This document shows positions 20,101-27,138 of a DNA stretch of 64,000 bases, piece by piece. Made by a program: the position numbers and the translations under genes. Position 1 is the stretch's first letter; the number at the start of each line of letters is the position of its first letter. Origin of the DNA: an uncultured Clostridia bacterium. GTDB lineage: Bacteria > Bacillota > Clostridia > Christensenellales > UBA1242. The notes beneath the pieces are model-generated. The model was not told where the DNA came from. It saw nothing but the letters and a program-made list of their open reading frames with translations, and made no database searches. The stretch covers positions 217-64,216 of the forward strand of contig CAKNIB010000008.1 in the NCBI GenBank assembly GCA_930979925.1, in the 5' to 3' direction.

Positions 20101-23100
20101 CACCTCAAGTGTTGACCTTTCTTCTATCGACCTCTCAGTTGTAGAAGGCATTGTAAAAGTTGAAGACAAAACTATAGTTTCTTTAGCTGATATTGGAGAC
20201 ATAACAATATCTATGACTGAAGGCAAGTTAAACTCTGTAGGCTTTGTTGGCTTTGATATTACTGTAAATATATCAACAAGCACATATCAGACAATTTCTC
20301 TTTACTCACCTATTGAAAGCTATATTGACATAGCTGACCTCTTGCCTACCCTTGACAATATCTTAGCGATACTACAAAATAACACCTTCTCTGGAAAGAT
20401 TAACCTAATTTATGGTGACTACTCGTTTGATGTTGACTATATAATTCATACTGGAGATAACTCTTTTGTAACGCTTTCAACTACCATATTTGGTCAAAGC
20501 ATTGTAATTAACATTATTGAGAATAAAGTCTATATAGATGTTAGCGAGAGCAAAATTGTATGTGACCTTGACAATATCGGCAATGTTATCGATAAAATTT
20601 TGGCTAAATTTATGCCAGAGCAAGAAGCGCCAAGTTTTGATTTAAAAGAAGAGCTTGATAGTCTCTTGGATGTAAACAACAATCCACTTCTTATCACAAG
20701 TTTTGTAAAGAGTGAAAATGGCATAAGTCTTGCTATCCTTGACAAAATATTTGTATCGCTTGGCAATGGTGATAAATCCTTGACCATCGATGCTAATTAT
20801 CAAAACATTGACATTTCTGCAAGTTTAAAAGCAAGTGAAGAAACATTAGCTCGTCCTGAAATTGTCGGACAGTATACTCAGATTGAAAATATTGTAGATA
20901 CTGTCATAAATGTATATGATTATGTTGCAAGCAAAACCTTCTATGTATCATTTAATGCAAGTTATCAGGATATCGCGCTTGTTGGTGGAGTCAACTATGA
21001 CGAAAGTGGTTTGAGTGCTACTGTTACCCTAACCTACAAGAATTTAACCGCAAATATTATACACTATCAAAACAGCTTATATATCACAGCTGAGAATATC
21101 AAACTTGTATTTGACCTTGACGACATTGACTACGTAAAAGCATTCTTAAATGACTACTTTGGACTAGATGTTGAGAGCATGCTTCAAGAGCTTTTAAGTG
21201 GCTCTAAGCCAAGTGAAGATGTAGCAAGTGAAGAAACTCAAGATGTAGCTAACGAAACAGCTTCTGAAAGCGGGCTACTTGATATGCTAAGTGGTCTACT
21301 TGGTGGTAAGTCAATTGAGGAGATTGTTGCTGGAGCTTCATTTAAAATAACTGACAATATTATTAGCCTAACTTCTCTTGATGGTCTAAAAATAGACATA
21401 TCTCTTGAAAATAATATGATTTCAACTGCATATGTTGAGTATATATTGCAAAGAGAAAGCGACAACAGTGCAACTGAAAGTGAGCCCGCAAGTCAATCAA
21501 AGATTATTTTTAATGCTACGATTGAAGATAGTCCACTTGTGTTTAACCCTGTTGGAGAGTTTACTGATGTTGCTGGTATTCTTAATTATGTTGAGCTTTT
21601 CATGCAATATGTTGAGACCAAAAAGCTTGAGCTTGGAGTTGACCTAAATATTGATGATGACAATATAACTGGAGCGCTTCAACTTGATTTAACCTCTACC
21701 CTAATGATGAGCGCAAGTTTGACATCAAATACTATAGAAAACTTTGATATCAATATTAACATTGAAAAAGACGAGACTGGAAAGCAAATGCTGTACGTCG
21801 ATTATAGCGGACTTTGTCTCAAGATTGACAACTCAAACTTCAATGAAATACTTTACATTCTACTTGAAGTGCTTGGTATTGATACAACAAAGATACCTTT
21901 CTTAAGCGAAATAGACCTTGACCTTAACTTCTCGCAAATTGACACAGACATTGCAAGTATTGACCTCTCTATCGAAGATATTATAAACATGCTTAAGATG
22001 GTTAAGAGCATAAAAGATGAGAATAATGCCCTTGTCATCACGCTTGATGGAGGAGCAATCTTTGGTAACGATAATGCTGAAGACCTTATGATTTCTCTTC
22101 ACAAAGAAGGCGGGAAGATTAGCAAGCTTGTCATTGCAAACTGCTACCTTAACAGCGAGCTTTCTGGCAAGATTGGTGCTACTATTACCTTTAATGAAAT
22201 CACTGAGTTTAAGCATGTTGATAATAGCAAAAATTATATTGATATCTCTGGTTCTAATGAGCTTATTAAAGCGATTGTCAATATGTCAAACGACACCGAC
22301 TTCCATGTGCACGGTTCGCTAAATGTTGTTGGAAACCTAGCTGGAATTGAAATCAAATGGAATGTTCCTTTTGATATCTACATTAAAGCTGTTGCTAAAG
22401 GTAAAGTTGAAATTTATGGCGTTATTGGTGAAATTCCAACCATGGTTGGTGTTAACAATGATGTGCCTTACAAGTTTGATGACACAGAAAGTGGCTCGAA
22501 TAGATATCTTTACTTCTATTATCAAGACGATTATATCTACCTTTATAGGTCGGAGACTATTGGTCAATTCTTTGGTAGTGGCAGGACCTATGAAAAATGT
22601 ACTAAAGTTTCTGTAGACACCTTCTTTGGCAATATTATGTATTATGTGCAATATTGTTTCGGCTTCACTGATACAATTATGAATGCAATCATTGAGTCTA
22701 TGAACAATCCACGTACTGAGCCTATGGATATGAGCAATATCATTACTTCCTTCGTGGTACAGGATAACACTAATTTTGCTGTTGAGCTCAATATGCATGA
22801 GCTTACTAACAACCCTGACCTTGACAAGTTGAGTCTTACCCTTGGGCTTAGACAGGATAGTGAAGGCAAAAACTACATTGGCGATATGACCGTTGCGCTT
22901 AATATGCCTCTTGCTGATATCTTTACCCTATATCTAACTAGCGATGATATCACTTTGGTTGATTATGGTAAAGAAGTTGATATGACTCCGCTGTATGATT
23001 TTATTAACAACTATAAATACCCTAACGAGTCTGAGTGGGAAGCAAGTGATGGCGAGTGGAACATGGTATCAGAGACGCTCTACACCATTAACTTTGAAAG

Positions 23101-24313
23101 CAATAGTGAGCAGACAATATCTTCTCAAACATATCACTATAAAGACGCGCTTGAGCTGCCAGTTTTAAGTGATTATGTTGTAGATGATGGCAAAACTAAC
23201 ACCTATTACCACTTCGTTTCTTGGCATACAAGTGAGGATTTGTCAAATGAAAGCGTATTTGACTCAACCACAATGCCTCGTGGTGATATAACGCTATATG
23301 CTAAGTGGACTACTAATACCACAACCTACTACACAATAGATTTTGTTACAAATAGTGAGCAGAAATTTGATAGCATAACTAAGCTTGAGGGCGAGGCAAT
23401 CACTCTGCCTGTACTTACAACAAAAGAGGAATCTGACGAAAACACTACCACCTATTATGAGTTTGGTGGATGGTATACCACTTCAACCTTTGACGAGGGA
23501 AGTGAGTTTAACGAAAGCATTATGCCTTCAAATAATGTCACACTTTACGCAAAGTGGAATCTTGTTAAAACTGAGTATACTCGTTCGGTTAATATCTATG
23601 ATGGCGACCAACTTTTAACAACATTGCGTGTTAAAGCGGGAGACGTGATAGACTTCTCTACCCTTTCAAATGTAAGTGACACTACTAAGTTCTATTATGA
23701 CAAAGAGTTTAAAAATCAGATGGTTGATTTCACAATGCCTGATAATGATATAAATGTCTATATTAGAAATATGTACAAAGTTACATTTACAAGCTTGTAT
23801 GGCAATACCTCGACTGTTACCTACTCACTTTATCAAGGCGAAAGCATTACTGAGTTGCCAGCTCAATCAAGTTATGTCTATGATGATGGCACGCAAACAG
23901 TACAGACAACTTATACCTTTAACGGATACAATGTGACAACAAATGTTATGCCAAATCATGATGTGACTTTTGAAGCTGACTGGACTGTGACTGAGAAAAA
24001 GTATTACACTATCACTTTTGATATTCTTGACAATGATGTGTCTCTTCATATTAGTCCATGGAGAGGCAACGCAAAACTCTATTATAATGGAGTGGAAACA
24101 TCTACTATGTCTTATCGCTTCCTTGAAGGACAGGTTGACTTAAATGCTTTTGTAGCTAGATGTAAATATAGAGCAGTTCTTTATTACTATTATATCTTCC
24201 AAGGTTGGAAAGGTGCTGACGAAAACGGATACTACAATTTAACTGGTGATGTAACCATTGAAGCGTCCTTCTCATCGTTACAATCTGGTAAGGATGGATA
24301 TGATAGAAACTAA
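17153..24313 (+). CDS. giant (2386 aa) N-terminally membrane-anchored repetitive surface protein with C-terminal Listeria-Bacteroides (Flg_new) repeats
   Basis: Uninterrupted 7.2-kb ORF with RBS AAGGAT. N-terminal TM is FLSYSLLYIIIAVASAYGVITI. There is a ~590-600-aa tandem super-repeat. Five C-terminal repeats have the pattern YTINF..G....Y.F.GW.....F.....MP..DITLYAKW. Confidence 0.85.
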   Translation: MRSVFRFLSYSLLYIIIAVASAYGVITISMSNYTRELNASNNSGGGSQEIVIPEEISSMFEKITSSPALGIELEVGVQAGETNIDILVDGEVDLSAGVDNLAVAADIAILLNGSPINLDLTYQNGNLYLEMLNNKFFIATDNLLSSVDQIMTLLNVEMPELGIDLDSLSLDTIMGFFANYEESVNEDGSLTLSVALPVGDNINLELITTSDYTLTGIGLEPISIEGTSIEAQGQLHYLVESSIPTLDSEDYIDLTNVIDLACGVINYVKQDNFALELNFKYQDVVLNGDILFSLNDKKALVKLNIEEYAVNLLYIDNNIYLEFNNIFVKFDLSQTNQLFELLSKYFDIDIPSQLISSIFGAIESGDFSEVIDSAGLADFDLTQFDFSSIDLGILNSIEKNGNITTISIEEIGDILVTIDQGSLSQIAFDGFGIEADLSVIDYYEYSLSQNQGDYADISLLLPTIDNVLGLLQNNTYSGVISAKIGDFNLDINYLLHRGESTFITLSTTLLGQDIKATVIDGKIYVEISDSKIVATLDNLGNVINQLVSTFSNSQAVGGNGESQLIDVDSILDSLLEIINPDVNPKLITKFTTTENGVAITLLDKYNITLSNFSNQLDVAFNYDSIDVKINVIGSEQNIVAPVLNDEEYTPIEDIANTIINVYNYVLDGKFYISLNASYKDLVVSGGINYDESGLSATITLTYKNLTANVIFYENSLYVTAENIKLVFNLDDIDYVKAFLNDYFGLDIESMLQELLSGEQNSDVTEDGKTSESVEEASDNKLLDMLSGLLGEKSIEEIIAEAKLAITSDNISLTALDGLQVDILLSGNMIDQLAIKYQDISASASINKEPISIGVNASEYYNIIDLVDIVKGGVDLARQKQIGLSYDVTYKEIALSGNIYLDLESKSAKIVVNYKDITANVILIDNVLYLEAYNLYAKFGLSDIGNVTLLIEKYFGVDMPDELIAKLVSVIESGDLSQLLESIDTSSVDLSSIDLSVVEGIVKVEDKTIVSLADIGDITISMTEGKLNSVGFVGFDITVNISTSTYQTISLYSPIESYIDIADLLPTLDNILAILQNNTFSGKINLIYGDYSFDVDYIIHTGDNSFVTLSTTIFGQSIVINIIENKVYIDVSESKIVCDLDNIGNVIDKILAKFMPEQEAPSFDLKEELDSLLDVNNNPLLITSFVKSENGISLAILDKIFVSLGNGDKSLTIDANYQNIDISASLKASEETLARPEIVGQYTQIENIVDTVINVYDYVASKTFYVSFNASYQDIALVGGVNYDESGLSATVTLTYKNLTANIIHYQNSLYITAENIKLVFDLDDIDYVKAFLNDYFGLDVESMLQELLSGSKPSEDVASEETQDVANETASESGLLDMLSGLLGGKSIEEIVAGASFKITDNIISLTSLDGLKIDISLENNMISTAYVEYILQRESDNSATESEPASQSKIIFNATIEDSPLVFNPVGEFTDVAGILNYVELFMQYVETKKLELGVDLNIDDDNITGALQLDLTSTLMMSASLTSNTIENFDININIEKDETGKQMLYVDYSGLCLKIDNSNFNEILYILLEVLGIDTTKIPFLSEIDLDLNFSQIDTDIASIDLSIEDIINMLKMVKSIKDENNALVITLDGGAIFGNDNAEDLMISLHKEGGKISKLVIANCYLNSELSGKIGATITFNEITEFKHVDNSKNYIDISGSNELIKAIVNMSNDTDFHVHGSLNVVGNLAGIEIKWNVPFDIYIKAVAKGKVEIYGVIGEIPTMVGVNNDVPYKFDDTESGSNRYLYFYYQDDYIYLYRSETIGQFFGSGRTYEKCTKVSVDTFFGNIMYYVQYCFGFTDTIMNAIIESMNNPRTEPMDMSNIITSFVVQDNTNFAVELNMHELTNNPDLDKLSLTLGLRQDSEGKNYIGDMTVALNMPLADIFTLYLTSDDITLVDYGKEVDMTPLYDFINNYKYPNESEWEASDGEWNMVSETLYTINFESNSEQTISSQTYHYKDALELPVLSDYVVDDGKTNTYYHFVSWHTSEDLSNESVFDSTTMPRGDITLYAKWTTNTTTYYTIDFVTNSEQKFDSITKLEGEAITLPVLTTKEESDENTTTYYEFGGWYTTSTFDEGSEFNESIMPSNNVTLYAKWNLVKTEYTRSVNIYDGDQLLTTLRVKAGDVIDFSTLSNVSDTTKFYYDKEFKNQMVDFTMPDNDINVYIRNMYKVTFTSLYGNTSTVTYSLYQGESITELPAQSSYVYDDGTQTVQTTYTFNGYNVTTNVMPNHDVTFEADWTVTEKKYYTITFDILDNDVSLHISPWRGNAKLYYNGVETSTMSYRFLEGQVDLNAFVARCKYRAVLYYYYIFQGWKGADENGYYNLTGDVTIEASFSSLQSGKDGYDRN

Positions 24314-24321
24314 AAACAAAA

Positions 24322-24351
24322 ATGGTATGCAAAAAGCATATCATTTTTTTG
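24322..24351 (+). terminator. intrinsic terminator after the giant gene
   Basis: Stem ATGGTATGC/GCATATCAT, loop AAAAA, then a T7 run. Confidence 0.65.
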
Positions 24352-24497
24352 TATTTATATTTTTTATATCTATATTATATATTTATTTTCTTTTTAATTT
24401 TTAAATTTATTTTTATTTTAAAATATTAATTTTCTATATTTTTATATTATTTTTTTATTCCTTAATTTTTTTTGAAATTATATCATTAAAATAAATT

Positions 24498-24728
24498 TTA
24501 ATATGGAATATATCCAAATGGTTTTATTCGGTCTGCCTCAAATTCTATCCAAAAAATATTTTTATCTTTATCCTTTTTAAAACGAACTTTAACATCGCTA
24601 TCAAGCTGGATATAGCTTTCAATAAGTGGCTTTAGCTCATCTTTTAATACTTCACATACACGTTGAGGATCTGAGATTTTATCGTTTGATAAAATATTAT
24701 TAAGGCGGTTTGTAATTCGATAATCCAT
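24498..24728 (-). CDS. minE: MinE-like cell division topological specificity factor (short N-terminus)
   Basis: 76 aa with RBS AAGGAG, downstream of minD. RLNNILSNDK...VLKDELKPLIESYIQLDSDVKVRFKKD resembles MinE (RL..IL.HDR...L..EIL.VISKYV.ID...V.V). Confidence 0.5.
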   Translation of the reverse strand: MDYRITNRLNNILSNDKISDPQRVCEVLKDELKPLIESYIQLDSDVKVRFKKDKDKNIFWIEFEADRIKPFGYIPY

Positions 24729-24812
24729 ATTTACTCCTTTATTTTAATACTTTAATATTTTATTTATTTTTTAATTAATTTATTTTTAATATTATTATAA
24801 TTAACCTATTTT

Positions 24813-25604
24813 TTAAACATGCTTTTTTATATTTCTTTTAATATAACCCATAAGTCCACGATATTTATATGTGCAATCAAAAATTTTCTTAGAGCCATTG
24901 TGTATATTTTCGCTAAGCAGAGTAAAGGCTCGGGCACTTTCGATTGACTGCACCCTTCCGCCAAGTGAGTTTGAAGCGCCGATTGCATCATCTTCTGGTA
25001 TAACGCCAAGAAGAGGCAGGTTAAGAGCGCGAACAATATTTTCTACCGTCATCATTTCGCCATTTAATAAAAGATCGCCTCGGACACGGTTTATTACTAG
25101 TCCTTTATACTGGATGTCATAATCGTTAAGAAGCCCTATCACCTTATCAGCGTCGCGGATAGATGACAAATGTGGAGTGACCACGATTATTGCCTCAGTT
25201 GCTGGAAAGACTGCACGATGAAAGCCTGCTTCTACTCCCGCGGGACAGTCAATAAGAATATAGTCAAAGCTGGAGTCAAGTTGGTCAATTATATTTTTGA
25301 TGTGCTCCCCTAAAATATTTGTCTTATTGTAAGCATGAGATGATGGCAAGATATATAATGAGGATATATTTTTGTCTTGTACAAGAGCTTGGCGAGGTCG
25401 GCATCTGCCCATAATGCAATCTGTGATATCAAAAACTACTTGGTCCTCAACACCCATGACAACATCAAGGTTATTAAGACCAATGTCTACATCAAATAGC
25501 ACCACTCTAAAGCCTAGCTTTGCAAGATACATGCCAAGGTTTGCGCAGACCGTTGTTTTGCCTACCCCACCTTTGCCACTTGTCAATACTATTTTTCTTG
25601 CCAT
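24813..25604 (-). CDS. minD: septum site-determining ATPase MinD
   Basis: 263 aa. Deviant Walker A motif SGKGGVGKTT plus DVDIGLNNLD. Confidence 0.9.
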   Translation of the reverse strand: MARKIVLTSGKGGVGKTTVCANLGMYLAKLGFRVVLFDVDIGLNNLDVVMGVEDQVVFDITDCIMGRCRPRQALVQDKNISSLYILPSSHAYNKTNILGEHIKNIIDQLDSSFDYILIDCPAGVEAGFHRAVFPATEAIIVVTPHLSSIRDADKVIGLLNDYDIQYKGLVINRVRGDLLLNGEMMTVENIVRALNLPLLGVIPEDDAIGASNSLGGRVQSIESARAFTLLSENIHNGSKKIFDCTYKYRGLMGYIKRNIKKHV

Positions 25605-25649
25605 ATCACTCTCCCCTTGACTACAATTTTACCAAATGACCGCAGATAT

Positions 25650-25678
25650 AAAAAAGGAAGAAATGTCGTTTTCTTCCC
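25650..25678 (-). terminator. intrinsic terminator after LRR gene A
   Basis: Minus strand: GGAAGAAA-ACGACA-TTTCTTCC followed by TTTTT. Confidence 0.65.
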
Positions 25679-25699
25679 TTTATTGTCTAATTATAGCTA

Positions 25700-26773
25700 T
25701 TAAGCTATTGCGGTGATTTTGTCAGCGTAACTAGACCAGACACTTGCCGTTTTGTATGCGTCCACACTCTCTGCTGGAACGTAGATATTGGTTAATTTTG
25801 GCACTATAGATAATGTAGCTGAATTTAGTGTAGGAGGAATGCTTGCAAAAGATGTTATAGATATTAAATTTGTGCAATTTTGAAAAGCCATATCTCCTAT
25901 ACTTAATATCGTTTTAGGTAATTCAATAGATATCACACTATAACATTCTTGAAAAGCCATATAACCTATACTCTCGACACCATCTGGAATATCTATATTT
26001 GTTAAATTTTCACAAGCCATAAAAGTAAAGTCACCTATTTTTTTTAAGTTTGATCCATTCTCTGTAATAAAGTATTTTAAATTTTTACAATTATAAAGTG
26101 ACATGCTGGCAGTTTCTGTTACAGGATATGTTTTCCCATCTAGTTCATTTATTATAGTTGCAGGAATAATAGCGATTTCTGCAATATCTTTGTTTAAACA
26201 GTTAGTTATTCTAGCTTCAGAATCACTGAAAGAATACTCTAGCTCGGCTAAAACACCATTATAAATATTTATAGTAATCATAGATAAATCTATTTCTGCA
26301 AGGTTTGGATTTATAACCTGTAGTTCTAATGTAGTTGTAACTTCAGTTGTAGACGTTATCTCGGTGATCGTCTCAGAGTTTGCAGTAATCATGTTAGTTA
26401 TATATACCTCAACTCCTGATACACTACTACTTAACTCGCTATAATCAGCAGTGACAATATAAGAATCAGTAGTGGTATTTATTATATCAAAATACAATGC
26501 AAATGAGCCGTGGTTGTTTTCAAAATTTCCTACATTAAAGTTAAAGTCGCCATTGATGTATCCTGGAGTAAAGTTTAAAACAACTACTGGGTCAGAACCC
26601 GACTCTTGCATCCTTACCTCTTTGACCCATAGGCTTTTATCGGTTACGTTAAAGTTAACACTACCATTCATAGTAATCGTTTGACTGCTTGCGGCAAGTA
26701 CTCCTGTTATAACTAATCCTAGTACTAATACAAATGCCCCTACTAAAGATATTAGTTTCATCCTTATGCTCAT
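25700..26773 (-). CDS. secreted BspA-type leucine-rich-repeat (LRR_5) protein, paralog A
   Basis: 357 aa. Signal-like N-terminus is [27 protein letters not shown] conserved ~170-aa N-terminal domain is shared with 46932-47897. C-terminal repeats include IGDFTFMACENLTNIDIPDGVESIGYMAFQEC..ISIELPKTILSIGDMAFQNCTNL. Confidence 0.85.
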   Translation of the reverse strand: MSIRMKLISLVGAFVLVLGLVITGVLAASSQTITMNGSVNFNVTDKSLWVKEVRMQESGSDPVVVLNFTPGYINGDFNFNVGNFENNHGSFALYFDIINTTTDSYIVTADYSELSSSVSGVEVYITNMITANSETITEITSTTEVTTTLELQVINPNLAEIDLSMITINIYNGVLAELEYSFSDSEARITNCLNKDIAEIAIIPATIINELDGKTYPVTETASMSLYNCKNLKYFITENGSNLKKIGDFTFMACENLTNIDIPDGVESIGYMAFQECYSVISIELPKTILSIGDMAFQNCTNLISITSFASIPPTLNSATLSIVPKLTNIYVPAESVDAYKTASVWSSYADKITAIA

Positions 26774-26795
26774 TTTATCTCTCCTTTTAATTTTT

Positions 26796-26820
26796 GCGCC
26801 TTCGGCGCCGGCTAAAAAAT
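26796..26820 (-). promoter_or_regulatory. conserved GC hairpin block in the 5' UTR of LRR gene A
   Basis: GCGCC-TTC-GGCGC plus the flank GGCTAAAAAAT. An almost identical block lies at 48036-48060 upstream of paralog B. Confidence 0.5.
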
Positions 26821-26854
26821 AGAAAAATTATATCTATATTTTTAGTGATACTCT

Positions 26855-26882
26855 ATATTACCCCCCCCGAATTTTTTGTCAA
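26855..26882 (-). promoter_or_regulatory. promoter TTGACA-16-TAATAT with a G8 tract in the spacer
   Basis: Minus strand reads TTGACA AAAAATTCGGGGGGGG TAATAT. The C8 run occupies 26861-26868 on the plus strand. It lies ~80 nt upstream of ATG 26773. Confidence 0.55.
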
Positions 26883-27016
26883 GCAAAATTGCGTCATTTT
26901 CGAAAAATGTTTTAAAAACTTAAATTGTAAAAAAAATAAAAACAATTTAATAAGAAAAATGAAGCTTACCTATGCAAGCAGTATCAGCGTTTGCGTTTTG
27001 TTGTCTTCTTAAATAT

Positions 27017-27134
27017 GAGGCTTGCCTATTGTTAACTTTTAATGAAAAGTTAACAATAGAATGTTGTGACAGTCGAAGATTGGCACAACATAAAAGATAC
27101 CGAAGGGTTTTCCTTCGGTCTCTTTGCAAGCCTC
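27017..27134. repeat. 118-nt conserved structured element (closing stem plus three hairpins), copy A
   Basis: GAGGCTTGC...GCAAGCCTC encloses hairpins at 27026-27059, 27062-27090 and 27095-27123. About 83% identical to 48537-48654, with compensatory changes in the stems. Confidence 0.6.
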
Positions 27135-27138
27135 GTGG

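Noticed and set aside
24314-24497. Nearly pure A/T convergent intergenic region as a possible dif/terminus site
   Set aside because: I found no match to the Firmicutes dif core (..TATAATATATATTATGT(A/T)AAC..). The region looks like ordinary AT-rich spacer plus a terminator.
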